A stretch of DNA of 64,000 nt from Anaerostipes sp. (GTDB taxonomy: Bacteria; Bacillota; Clostridia; Lachnospirales; Lachnospiraceae): positions 2,559-66,558 of the forward strand of contig JAQWFL010000011.1 of the NCBI GenBank assembly GCA_028704435.1, in the 5' to 3' direction. The position numbers and the translations under genes were made by a program. Below the pieces are notes generated by a model. It was not told the origin of the DNA. It made no database searches and saw only the letters and a program-made list of their open reading frames with translations. Shown piece by piece: positions 48,472 to 57,441 of the stretch (positions are counted from its first letter, which is position 1; each line of letters starts with the position of its first letter).

Positions 48472-48627
48472 TTTTCATGCAACACTGACTATTTTTCCAT
48501 AACGCAAAAAGAGGATATCTTCTAAATTTCTTTAGAAAATATCCTCTAATAGTGCTTTTTCTATTAAATTGGACTCCAAATCACTCTGTATATAAGCGTT
48601 GATTCATGTAAATGACTATGAAAAATA

Positions 48628-48790
48628 TTGGTCATTTCTTGGTCAACACCTGACCAAAAACCTCGGAAGCCTTGATTTTACTGGATTTATTTATCGAGCG
48701 TCTTCATCGTCGGGAATTTTGTTGGAGTTTAACTACACTCCTACGAACTTCTTTGTATTGCTTTAAATCGTACCTCTACGATTCTTCAAA
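48628..48790. other. att junction with a lysS-like 3' end core (48687-48716) and arm-type repeats
   Basis: Minus strand TTCCCGACGATGAAGACGCTCGATAAATAA = FPTMKTLDK*; TTGGTCA x2 + TGACCAA on the left, CTACGA repeats on the right; downstream of integrase. Confidence 0.65.
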
Positions 48791-48896
48791 TTCATTCGCA
48801 TTTATTCCCGTTTTCATGGCTTTTTGATGTCCAATTGATGTCCTTGTTCTATTTTTGCTGTCCTTTTGGAAAGTTGCATTTAACAGTGGCTCTTCC

Positions 48897-50138
48897 CTAA
48901 AAAACATCCATATTTTTTGCTAAATTCTCAAGCGATTGTCTTGTAATACTTTCATTAACCTCAGCGTAAATGTTCATGGTTGTTGATACATCCGCATGAC
49001 CCATAACTTCCTGAATAACTTTCACATTTGTCTCGTTCTCACAAAATCTTGAAGCAAATGTATGACGGAATATATGGCATGAGAATCTAGGTAACATTAC
49101 TGGTTCTCGCTTCTGCTTTTTTGCCTTAATTTCTTCTTCTGCGTTATGTGCATCAACTATACGCTTAATGGCTCTGTTTACTGCTGCCGGATTATGAGGG
49201 TTTCCAAAGCGATTCGTAAATATGAAGTTCGTCATTCCATCTACTTCATTACTACAGAATCCTTCTTGTTTCTGTCTCTCACGTTCCTGCAATAAAATCT
49301 GATATAACTGTTCCATAATTGGAATTGTCCGGACACCTGCTTCTGTCTTAGGCTTTGATACCCTAAACTCACATACATAGGTTTCCTCACGCCTTGGATA
49401 GTATGTCAAACTATGGTTGATACTAATCAGGCGCTTCTCCATATCAACATCATCCCAGCGAAGTCCAATGGCTTCTCCAATTCGACATCCTGTTCCTAGC
49501 AATAACATAAAGAACGGATACCACACATAAAATATCGGATTCTTTGCTACATATTGCATAAAGGAACGCTGCTGCTCTACAGTAAGAGCATGTCTTGTCT
49601 TGCGACTTCCACCATTTCGTTTCTTAATCTCCGCATATGCACCATCAGTTGGATTCTTTCTTATAATATCATCTCTGACTGCAAGTTGAAAGGTTGGATG
49701 CAATACTGTATTGATACTTTCCAGTGTATTTACCTGCAATCCCAATTCCGTGATTAAATGATTGTAAAAAGCTAACACATCTGAATACTTCACATCTCCT
49801 ATTTTCTTCTTGCCAAATCCATCTTTAATGAAATGATCCCATGTGTACCGATAATTGGAATACGTTGTACTTCTTAATTCTGTCTTTGTTGATAGGTAAC
49901 GGTCAAACACATAATTGAGTGTGGCACTTCCTGCTACATACACATCTAATCCATCCATCTGATTCCTTATAAGCTGTTCTTCTCTTTCTCTAAGAGTTGC
50001 CAGGTTATTGGAATAAATATACTTCCTTTTTCCAAATGGATCAGTGTAACAGTAGGAATATCTTGTTCTTCCCTCACTCTTACGATATGACTCACCTTTG
50101 CGTAATGCTCGTCCTTTTCCATCTTTTCGTGCTGCCAT
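48897..50138 (-). CDS. Tyrosine integrase (Tn916-like N-terminal arm-binding domain)
   Basis: TGCRIGE, PKT.AG.R, HIFRHTF, MGHAD...TMNIY. Confidence 0.95.
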   Translation of the reverse strand: MAARKDGKGRALRKGESYRKSEGRTRYSYCYTDPFGKRKYIYSNNLATLREREEQLIRNQMDGLDVYVAGSATLNYVFDRYLSTKTELRSTTYSNYRYTWDHFIKDGFGKKKIGDVKYSDVLAFYNHLITELGLQVNTLESINTVLHPTFQLAVRDDIIRKNPTDGAYAEIKKRNGGSRKTRHALTVEQQRSFMQYVAKNPIFYVWYPFFMLLLGTGCRIGEAIGLRWDDVDMEKRLISINHSLTYYPRREETYVCEFRVSKPKTEAGVRTIPIMEQLYQILLQERERQKQEGFCSNEVDGMTNFIFTNRFGNPHNPAAVNRAIKRIVDAHNAEEEIKAKKQKREPVMLPRFSCHIFRHTFASRFCENETNVKVIQEVMGHADVSTTMNIYAEVNESITRQSLENLAKNMDVF

Positions 50139-50171
50139 CTTTTCCTCCTTCCGAGGGATAGAGAGCTTGCA

Positions 50172-50345
50172 CTATTTCTGAGTTGATAATATGTTCATTC
50201 TCAAACTCATTTTTATCGCTTGCGTTACAGATAATTCATGATTCTTTGCATACTCTAGCAAAATCTCATATTCTTCATTCGTGAATCTCACACTGACTTT
50301 CTTATCCATCGGATCATCACTCTTTGGTCTACCAGTTCTTGCCAT
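50172..50345 (-). CDS. Ribbon-helix-helix (CopG-like) protein (start MARTGRPK)
   Basis: GRPK...SVRF..EE...L..YA.......AI; GAGGAGG RBS. Confidence 0.75.
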   Translation of the reverse strand: MARTGRPKSDDPMDKKVSVRFTNEEYEILLEYAKNHELSVTQAIKMSLRMNILSTQK

Positions 50346-50366
50346 GTTGCACCTCCTCATATCATG

Positions 50367-50395
50367 ATTATACTTTTTGTCCGTCATAAAGTCAA
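50367..50395 (-). promoter_or_regulatory. sigmaA promoter for RHH-integrase
   Basis: TTGACT (50390-50395) -17 bp- TATAAT (50367-50372). Confidence 0.75.
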
Positions 50396-50431
50396 GCATT
50401 AAAGTACAAGTTTCTCTGTCTCTCTACATAT

Positions 50432-50632
50432 TTATTTGTAGAAGCTATCTTCTGTAATCCTAAAGGTCTCCAAATACTCATCAAGGACATCTAAATTAAC
50501 AAGGACAAGCTGATTGATTTTATAGCAGGCTTTCGCATCCTTTGCCAGTTCCTGAAACTTTGTCAGTCCCATAGAATACAGTTCTGCACCTTCTGCATAC
50601 CTAACAAATTTCTTCCTCTTTGTCTTCTCCAT
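50432..50632 (-). CDS. DUF6462 protein, probable excisionase
   Basis: KKFVRYAEGAELYSMG...; upstream of the integrase. Confidence 0.75.
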   Translation of the reverse strand: MEKTKRKKFVRYAEGAELYSMGLTKFQELAKDAKACYKINQLVLVNLDVLDEYLETFRITEDSFYK

Positions 50633-51047
50633 GAAGTAGCTCCTCTCTTACAAGTTTCTTTGCTGTCTCCCACAATGCAAGTTGTGACAAAATGGATTTG
50701 TCAATTTCTTCCATTACATTAGAAGAAACTGTAATATATCCAATATGTCCCCTGATTGCATTCTTAGATACTGTCTGCATATCTTCCGGCATAAAATCTG
50801 ATATTTTCTGCAAATGAAGTCCATTCACATCCATCGGTTTGATCTTTACATGTACCTTTATGTCCTTCAGCTTAGAGCTAAGTGGACACACAGTAACCTG
50901 TGGTGCTCTACTGTGATTACTGGCATCACAAGACACCACCACAGCTGGTCTAATAAATCCCTGCACTCCATTAGGCTGGAATCCAAAGTCCACATACACC
51001 ACCTGACCTCTTTTGTATTCTCTGAAATAATTCTTTTTCTTCATCAT
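50601..51047 (-). CDS. PemK/MazF-family toxin-like protein
   Basis: KRGQVVYVDF....G.Q...RPAVVVS...N......VCPLSSK. Confidence 0.85.
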   Translation of the reverse strand: MMKKKNYFREYKRGQVVYVDFGFQPNGVQGFIRPAVVVSCDASNHSRAPQVTVCPLSSKLKDIKVHVKIKPMDVNGLHLQKISDFMPEDMQTVSKNAIRGHIGYITVSSNVMEEIDKSILSQLALWETAKKLVREELLHGEDKEEEIC

Positions 51048-51083
51048 CTACACTCCCTCCCTGGTTTTTACATTCATTCCAAG

Positions 51084-51434
51084 CTAACCTTCATCCACTG
51101 TAATAATTACCCCACCTGCTGCCTTGATCTTCCCAACCTTGTAATATGCATCTGGAATATCCAGTGAGACTGCCATCATATTTGCAACAATGACTCCCTC
51201 TACTCTTTTCTGTCGTATCAGTTGTTCTATTTTTTCAAACTGCTGATTACAATCTCCCTGACCAAGACCGTTTCTTCTCATAACTCCTACGATTTCAACA
51301 TTATGTGCCTTAGCGTATTCGCGAATATACCGTTCCTGATTTCTTTCACGCTTTTCGGTTTCCCACAAAGGTCCAGTTGTTGACAAATATGCAATTGCCT
51401 CTACAACAGGTTCTTTTTTCTTTTTTTTGCTCAT
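51084..51434 (-). CDS. Resolvase-fold (recombinase N-terminal-like) protein, possibly ending at a premature TAG
   Basis: AIAYLST...Q...IREYA...VEIV; frame continues LGMNVKTREGV* after the TAG. Confidence 0.55.
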   Translation of the reverse strand: MSKKKKKEPVVEAIAYLSTTGPLWETEKRERNQERYIREYAKAHNVEIVGVMRRNGLGQGDCNQQFEKIEQLIRQKRVEGVIVANMMAVSLDIPDAYYKVGKIKAAGGVIITVDEG

Positions 51435-51447
51435 TCTATAGCCTCCA

Positions 51448-51804
51448 TTACGATGCAAGCACTGCTGCCTGCTTAATCATAAATTCAAATGTGTTTCTAA
51501 AATAGTTTTGTTGTTCTTTTGGTAAGCATGCCAACAAACTATCAATTGACTGTTCCTTTTTATCTGTATCTGAATTCGTTTCTTCTATATTAAGAAGTGT
51601 ATTAGCATCACAGTGATAAGTCTCCATCAGCAGATACAAACCATTCATACTAAGTCCTCTGCTTCCCTGTTCTATCTGATTAATACTGGAATTGCTTAAT
51701 CCAGTCGATTCACTAACCTGATATACAGACAACTTTCTGTCTTTCCGAATCTGGCGAAGATTCGGTCCAATTTCATATCCGTTATATTTCTTCAGCATAT
51801 CCAA
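51448..51804 (-). CDS. XRE-family HTH regulator
   Basis: IGPNLRQIRK...LS...VSE..GLS...I.QIEQG. Confidence 0.85.
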   Translation of the reverse strand: MDMLKKYNGYEIGPNLRQIRKDRKLSVYQVSESTGLSNSSINQIEQGSRGLSMNGLYLLMETYHCDANTLLNIEETNSDTDKKEQSIDSLLACLPKEQQNYFRNTFEFMIKQAAVLAS

Positions 51805-51994
51805 TCAGACCTCCATTCTTCGCTCTTTCCTCTATCATTGCTTTAATTTCTTCATAAGCCGCCGATTCTGTTTCATATTTACCAAGGAAATCACCGCACT
51901 GACTGTATACAATAGTTCCCCATTCTGTATTTATGAAATTACATCGGCTGAGCGCTAGGGGATACCCCCAGCAACTGACAACCTTTTCTTTCAT
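51782..51994 (-). CDS. Hypothetical protein
   Basis: ORF track; TAATG coupling to the upstream fragment. Confidence 0.5.
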   Translation of the reverse strand: MKEKVVSCWGYPLALSRCNFINTEWGTIVYSQCGDFLGKYETESAAYEEIKAMIEERAKNGGLIGYAEEI

Positions 51995-52137
51995 TACTCT
52001 TCATCGCCTTCCGGTGCATATGGTACGATGACTACATGTTCTGTGAAATCCACAATAATCATGCCAAAATACATTGCTCTTTCAATAAATTTGTTCAGAT
52101 CATCATCATCATCTGTAATGTCTGTAATACTTCCAAA
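51994..52137 (-). pseudogene. 3' fragment of a gene cut by the IS junction (FGSITDITDDDDDLNKFIE...EGDEE*)
   Basis: Open frame whose stop overlaps the next ATG; 5' part replaced by IS1380 sequence. Confidence 0.5.
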
Positions 52138-53023
52138 GGTGCACCTAACTTTTTGTATCCACTTTTGCTTGAGTTACAAGATGAGTATCCAGAAACAAAC
52201 CTATTCCTTCGTGGTGATAGCGGCTTTGCTGATGTCCTCATGTATGAAAAACTTGAAACAAATAAAACGTCATATGCCATTCGATTAAAAGAAAATGGAC
52301 GTCTGCGAAAACTTGCTTCTGAAATCGAACATGAACTTTATGAAAAGACAATCCAGAATCAAATCGACTATGCTGTGGTTTATGGTAGCATAAATTACAT
52401 TGCAGATAGTTGGCACCAACCAAGGCGGGTTGTAGTAAAAATCGAAAAACCTTACGGTCAAATGGCACATCATTACACTTTTATCGTTACAAATATGGAA
52501 CTAAAGGATGAAGATATAATTCGATTTTACTGTAATCGTGGTCGTATGGAAAACTTCATTAAAGAATGCAAGCTAGGTTTCAACATGGATTCCATGAACA
52601 GCCATAGTATGACAGTCAATGCAAATCGCCTTCAAATAAGTATGTTGGCGTATAACCTTTTTAATTGGTTTCGTCGACTTGTATTACCAGCAAAGTTGCG
52701 TAAACTGCAGATAGATACCATTCGATTAAAGCTGTTTAAAATAGCTGCAAAGCTAATTCATTCAGCACGATATCTTAAGTTCAAACTCTGTAGTAGCTGC
52801 CCTTATCAGGAGCAATTTATAAAAACACTAATTAACATTAAGAACTTAGATCCAAAGCTTGAATGATAGTTTTGGTGGACATTGACAATCTGACAGAAAA
52901 TCAAACTTCCTAGGGGTAGTCTACTTTTTTTAGGAAAGGTGGCAGTCAGATTGATTCGTTAGCCAATCTTAAACAGAAAATTTTGAGCAACTATCTATTT
53001 TCTGTCAAGATGAATAATTCAGG
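52127..53023 (+). mobile_element. 5'-truncated IS1380-family element
   Basis: Transposase 3' part; terminal IR ATGAATAATTCAGG at 53010-53023; no left end. Confidence 0.8.
52129..52866 (+). pseudogene. IS1380-family DDE transposase, N-terminally truncated
   Basis: TSKGA..FL, LRGDSGFA, RRVVVK, FIVTN, Y.NRG.MENFIKE.K, N...L...AYNL.NW. Confidence 0.85.
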
Positions 53024-53085
53024 TTTTAAATTTATTTTTCAGACACATGTTCCATCGCTTCTATTATGATTATCAAACAATTCAT

Positions 53086-53105
53086 TTATGAGCATATGTA
53101 AATAA
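53086..53105. promoter_or_regulatory. Palindromic operator TTATGAGCATATGTAAATAA
   Basis: Imperfect 20-bp palindrome upstream of the rubredoxin operon; matches sites at 61035-61121. Confidence 0.55.
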
Positions 53106-53159
53106 TCATTGTATCTACAATTTTATAATGATAAAATATAAGAAAAAGGAGGGCGATTT

Positions 53160-53828
53160 ATGCAGAAATATGTATGCAGTATTTGTGGTTTCATTTATGA
53201 CGAAGCTACCGGTTATCCTGAGGGCGGCATAGCACCCGGTACAAAATGGGAAAATATTCCAGGAGACTGGGTCTGTCCATTATGTGGTGCCACAAAGGAT
53301 GAATTTAAGCAGCAAAACCATGTAACATCTTCCGCTCCATCTATTCAACCTGCCATAGAGGAAGGAAGCAATACTTTGCACGAATTGTCTTTTGAAGAAC
53401 TAAGTGTACTATGCTCTAATCTCTCAAAAGGCTGCGAAAAGCAATACCTGACAGAAGAAGCTGAACTTTTCAATCAACTTGCAGACTATTATATTAGAAA
53501 ATCTACGCCTACTTTTGGCTCACAAATCTCTGACTTAATTGCACTGATTGAAAAAGATCTCTCTTCTGCATATGATAACTCAAATCAAATTGCTATCAGC
53601 GCTTCTGACCGCGGTGCATTAAGAGCATTGACCTGGGGAGAAAAAGTAACTAAAATACTTTCTTCTCTTCTCGGCAGATATGAGAAACAAAAAGATTCTT
53701 TATTAGAAAATACGAATATTTATGTTTGTGAAATCTGCGGTTTTGTTTACATAGGTGATATTGCACCTGAAATTTGTCCTGTGTGCAAAGTTCCTAGTTT
53801 AAAAATCATACAAATACAAAGGGGGTAA
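53160..53828 (+). CDS. Rubredoxin-domain protein (N-terminal rubredoxin, helical middle, C-terminal rubredoxin-like)
   Basis: [11 protein letters not shown]...[17 protein letters not shown]; YVCEICG...CPVC. Confidence 0.85.
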   Translation: MQKYVCSICGFIYDEATGYPEGGIAPGTKWENIPGDWVCPLCGATKDEFKQQNHVTSSAPSIQPAIEEGSNTLHELSFEELSVLCSNLSKGCEKQYLTEEAELFNQLADYYIRKSTPTFGSQISDLIALIEKDLSSAYDNSNQIAISASDRGALRALTWGEKVTKILSSLLGRYEKQKDSLLENTNIYVCEICGFVYIGDIAPEICPVCKVPSLKIIQIQRG

Positions 53829-53833
53829 TACAA

Positions 53834-55030
53834 ATGCATGCAGTTCGAAACATTAGATTATGTACAAAAGATTGTCTTTGCTTATATGTTTGCCCTACTG
53901 GGGCAACTGATACAGAAACGGGGCAGATTGATGCTTCAAAATGTTTAAGTGGATGCCGTGCATGTGTAGATGCCTGTCCTTCCCATGCGATTTCTTTGAT
54001 TCCTGATGATTTTCCTCCTCAACAAGAAAAAATGAATTCTGTAAAAAATGCACTTCTTTCATTGGCAGAAAGTAAAACTACTCAGGAGAAAATCGCCAAA
54101 AACATTGCAAAAACTACAGATAACCCTATTCTTAGACAACTAGCAGAAGCAATGAGTAAATCAAATCGATTGATGGCAGAGGATCTGCTACGCGAGTCTG
54201 GATATATGCTTCCACAAAGCCAAAACGTATCCAACCTTTTAGGCTCATTACTGAATAAAAATCAGCCAGATGATTTTCCTGAGTCCACAGTAAGACGATT
54301 GTTAGAACTTTTGGATAAAAACAATAAAACAAAAACTACTTCCACCGGAGAAATGGAGAAAAAAACTATGGAAAAATATCGTTGCAGCGTTTGTGGTTAT
54401 ATTCATGAAGGACCAATGCCTGAGGATTTCAAATGTCCTGTGTGCAAGCAACCAGCTTCTGCCTTTGAAAAAATCGTGGAAAAAGTTTCTTCTGTAAACA
54501 AATATGTCGGAACTAAAACAGAAAAGAATTTAATGGAGGCATTTGCAGGCGAAAGCCAGGCTAGAAATAAATACACATACTTTTCTAATATAGCTTCAAG
54601 AGAAGGCTACGACCAAATTTCAGATCTATTCTTAAAAACAGCTCGAAATGAGCAGGAGCATGCCAAACTTTGGTATGAAGAACTTGGTAATTTAGGCTCT
54701 ACTGCCGAAAACCTTCTACATGCTGCGGAGGGTGAAAATTACGAATGGACAGATATGTATGACCGATTTGCAAAAGATGCTGAAGCGGAAGGATTTACTG
54801 AATTAGCTGCAAGATTTCGCAGAGTTGCTGCTATTGAAAAAGCCCATGAAGAACGTTACCGTGCTTTACTTAAAAATGTAGAAATGCAACAGGTATTTGA
54901 AAAGGGCGAAGAAACCATGTGGGAATGTCGTGTATGTGGACATCTTGTTATGGGTAAAAAAGCTCCTGAGGTATGTCCCGTATGCAAGTACTCACAGAGT
55001 TATTTTGAAGTAAGAAAAGAAAACTATTAG
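53834..55030 (+). CDS. 4Fe-4S ferredoxin domain fused to rubredoxin-rubrerythrin
   Basis: [25 protein letters not shown]; CSVCG..CPVC; [22 protein letters not shown]...CPVC. Confidence 0.85.
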   Translation: MHAVRNIRLCTKDCLCLYVCPTGATDTETGQIDASKCLSGCRACVDACPSHAISLIPDDFPPQQEKMNSVKNALLSLAESKTTQEKIAKNIAKTTDNPILRQLAEAMSKSNRLMAEDLLRESGYMLPQSQNVSNLLGSLLNKNQPDDFPESTVRRLLELLDKNNKTKTTSTGEMEKKTMEKYRCSVCGYIHEGPMPEDFKCPVCKQPASAFEKIVEKVSSVNKYVGTKTEKNLMEAFAGESQARNKYTYFSNIASREGYDQISDLFLKTARNEQEHAKLWYEELGNLGSTAENLLHAAEGENYEWTDMYDRFAKDAEAEGFTELAARFRRVAAIEKAHEERYRALLKNVEMQQVFEKGEETMWECRVCGHLVMGKKAPEVCPVCKYSQSYFEVRKENY

Positions 55031-55048
55031 ATTCTTTGTTTATGAAGA

Positions 55049-55084
55049 AGCGACTGATTGAATTGCTCAATCGGTCGTTTTTTT
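55049..55084 (+). terminator. Intrinsic terminator
   Basis: GCGACTGATTGA / TCAATCGGTCGT stem plus U-tract. Confidence 0.8.
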
Positions 55085-55285
55085 ATTCTAAAAATGATTA
55101 TTCTGCGATATAGTTTTCCATTGAAGTCTTTTGATTTACTAGGAATATTTTATCTCCATTTCCAGTGTACCAATTACTGCTGACAACTCTAATATAAATT
55201 CAGACTCCATGTGATTCTGTCACAGAACTAGTAGAAGTATTATTGCTATAATCTACACAGTCAAAGAGAAAGGTGGAAATTAATT

Positions 55286-56152
55286 ATGGCGAATGTAATT
55301 ATAATTGGTAATGGTCCTGCTGGTGTCTCTACTGCACTATATACAACAAGAGCAGGTATCAACACAATGATTATAGGCAAAGATCATGGTGCTTTAGGTA
55401 AAGCCTCTGAAATAGAAAATTATTATGGTTTCAGTCAGCCAATATCTGGAAAGGATTTGATTTCAGAAGGAATGGAAGGGGCGCGCAGACTAGGTGCAGA
55501 AATAATATCAGATGAAGTTTTAGGAATATCTTATGGTGATAAATTAACTGTAATCACTGAAGGTGGGGAATACGAGGCAGACAGTGTTGTCCTTGCAACA
55601 GGTACTTCCAGAATGGCTCCTAAAATCAAAGGTTTAAAAGAATATGAAGGTCATGGTATTAGTTACTGTGCCGTATGTGATGCTTTCTTCTATAGAGGAA
55701 AGGACGTAGCTGTTTTAGGTAATGGAAATTATGCATTGCATGAAGCTTTGGAATTACTTCCTACTTCAAGTTCTGTCACGATTCTTACCAATGGAAAAGA
55801 ACCTGATTTTCAAGTTCCCGAAAATATTAAAGTGAATACCAATATCATTGATTCAATTGGTGGGAATGATGTAGTCGAAGAAGTCCGTTTCCAAAATGGA
55901 GAAGCGATTCGGGTCTCTGGCCTTTTTGTAGCAATCGGTGTTGCCGGAAGTACAGACCTTGCAAAAAAAATCGGTGCCCAAACACAAAATAATAAAATCA
56001 TTATTGACGAAACTATGTCAACCAACATACCTGGTCTTTATGCTGCAGGAGACTGCACTGGTGGATTATTACAAATTTCAAAAGCGGTATATGAAGGTGC
56101 AAAAGCAGGTACAGAAATAATAAAGTACTTAAGAAATCAAACTATTTCCTAA
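55286..56152 (+). CDS. Thioredoxin reductase-like FAD/NAD(P) oxidoreductase
   Basis: IIGNGPAG, SYCAVCD, LGNG..A, YAAGD. Confidence 0.88.
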   Translation: MANVIIIGNGPAGVSTALYTTRAGINTMIIGKDHGALGKASEIENYYGFSQPISGKDLISEGMEGARRLGAEIISDEVLGISYGDKLTVITEGGEYEADSVVLATGTSRMAPKIKGLKEYEGHGISYCAVCDAFFYRGKDVAVLGNGNYALHEALELLPTSSSVTILTNGKEPDFQVPENIKVNTNIIDSIGGNDVVEEVRFQNGEAIRVSGLFVAIGVAGSTDLAKKIGAQTQNNKIIIDETMSTNIPGLYAAGDCTGGLLQISKAVYEGAKAGTEIIKYLRNQTIS

Positions 56153-56198
56153 GTAGGACAATTGCAATGGTAATTAAACCCACATTATTTCTTCTTGA

Positions 56199-56240
56199 AA
56201 AAAAACGAGACGCGTTAAATTTATGCGTCCCGTTTTTTTT
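56199..56240. terminator. Bidirectional terminator
   Basis: A8-CGAGACGC...GCGTCCCG-T8 between convergent genes. Confidence 0.75.
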
Positions 56241-56559
56241 AATGTCTTCCATCAATTTTACATGCAATAATTTCATTTTCATCTAACGATATAATATCCT
56301 CATAGAAAGCTCTATTCTTTATAATCCAACTCTTTGCATAAGAACATGTTGCTGTTGTTTTTAATCTATTTTTCCTTAAGTATTCTGCTACTGCTTCCAT
56401 TATTTTACCAGCAATTCCTTGCCCGCGTAATGATGAATCCACAAAAACATGTTCTATGTCAATCTCTCCATTAGTTTTAACTGTTAAGATTGCTTCTGCC
56501 ATCAACTTTTTATTTTCATTTTCACAATATATTCTGCCTTCTTCATATATCCAGTTCAT
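56239..56559 (-). CDS. GNAT (YjdJ-like) acetyltransferase
   Basis: IEHVFVDSSLRGQGIA...TCSYA. Confidence 0.85.
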   Translation of the reverse strand: MNWIYEEGRIYCENENKKLMAEAILTVKTNGEIDIEHVFVDSSLRGQGIAGKIMEAVAEYLRKNRLKTTATCSYAKSWIIKNRAFYEDIISLDENEIIACKIDGRH

Positions 56560-56587
56560 AATTTATTCCTTCCTTTCGTATTTTTAG

Positions 56588-57100
56588 TTAATATTCCCCA
56601 GTCCAACGAGGTTCCCTGATCTCAACAACTTTTCCTTTTATAAGACTCTCTTGAACATCTATAATTCTTTGATTTGAACTTCCTCGAAAAATCTTGTTCA
56701 TTGTTTTTAACCCTAAAACAAATGGTCCATCTATTAAAATATCTAAATTTTCCAATAATTCCTTTTGTTCATTTGTACCACTTAACAGCTGTTCGATTGT
56801 GTATCCCGTATAACTAGCAATTTCATACCCTTCTCTTTTAAGGTTTTGAGCCAATAAGCTAAAAGGTTTCGCCTGACTAAATGGTTCTCCTCCCGAAAAG
56901 GTAACACCTCTTATCAAAGGATTTACTTTAATGATTTCTATTATTTTTTCTTCTTCGATTAATGTACCACCTTCAAAAGACCAAGTTTCAGGATTATGAC
57001 AACCAATACATTTATGCGGACAACCTTGCGAAAAAATTGTGGTTCTTATACCTGGACCATCTACTATACTCTCTTCAATTAAACCTGACAACCTAAGCAT
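56588..57100 (-). CDS. nrdG: Anaerobic ribonucleotide reductase activase
   Basis: SIVDGPG.R, QGCPHKCIGCHNP, SGGEP, LIDGPF, RGSSNQR. Confidence 0.92.
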   Translation of the reverse strand: MLRLSGLIEESIVDGPGIRTTIFSQGCPHKCIGCHNPETWSFEGGTLIEEEKIIEIIKVNPLIRGVTFSGGEPFSQAKPFSLLAQNLKREGYEIASYTGYTIEQLLSGTNEQKELLENLDILIDGPFVLGLKTMNKIFRGSSNQRIIDVQESLIKGKVVEIREPRWTGEY

Positions 57101-57254
57101 TTTTATTACCAAGACCGTGTTTTACACGATCTTTTTCTTCTGATTTTTTAGCATCATTCCATTTATCCATTGTACCAACAAGATATCCTGTAATTCTTCG
57201 AATTCTTTCGAATCCAACATTTTCTCCCATTGTAATTTCTTCCTGATTATTCAT
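57093..57254 (-). CDS. nrdD: Stand-alone NrdD glycyl-radical C-terminal peptide (53 aa)
   Basis: FERIRRITGYLVG....WN.AK..E..DRVKH; AAGGAG RBS before ATG 57254. Confidence 0.75.
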   Translation of the reverse strand: MNNQEEITMGENVGFERIRRITGYLVGTMDKWNDAKKSEEKDRVKHGLGNKNA

Positions 57255-57294
57255 TAGCTTCTCCTTATCATATAACAGTATCTGTGAGTATTTT

Positions 57295-57441
57295 CTAATT
57301 ATGTCCATAAAACCTTATTACTTCCGGATAATTTTTATTCAACATCTCTAGTTTATCTGGTGCAATTGCTTCCCCTTCACGTCGTCCACATCTTGGACAT
57401 ACATCATTAATGACACCTACTGTAATAATTGTTTTCTTCAT
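57295..57441 (-). pseudogene. Deletion-fusion remnant: ACT-domain gene start joined to the nrdD large-subunit 3' end
   Basis: MKKTIITV-GVINDVCPRCGRREGEAI...; ATGA-coupled to the thioesterase stop. Confidence 0.55.

Larger units (their letters stand above)
1..48686 (-). mobile_element. Integrative conjugative element (Gram-positive T4SS, MOBP relaxase); left end beyond the window, right end at the att junction near 48687-48716
   Basis: Co-oriented VirB4, VirD4, VirB6-like, PrgI, NlpC/P60, relaxase, MobC, oriT-like site, adhesin/sortase and ParM; ends at arm-type repeats next to a lysS-like core. Confidence 0.9.
48717..52137 (-). mobile_element. Truncated remnant of a second integrative element (int, RHH, xis, pemK, resolvase-like, XRE)
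   Basis: Integration module between the att core and an abrupt fusion to IS1380 at ~52130. Confidence 0.55.

Noticed and set aside
52036-52126. N-terminus of the 276-aa transposase ORF and the (CAT)n microsatellite
   Set aside because: Antisense of the truncated minus-strand gene; the repeat is its poly-Asp codons
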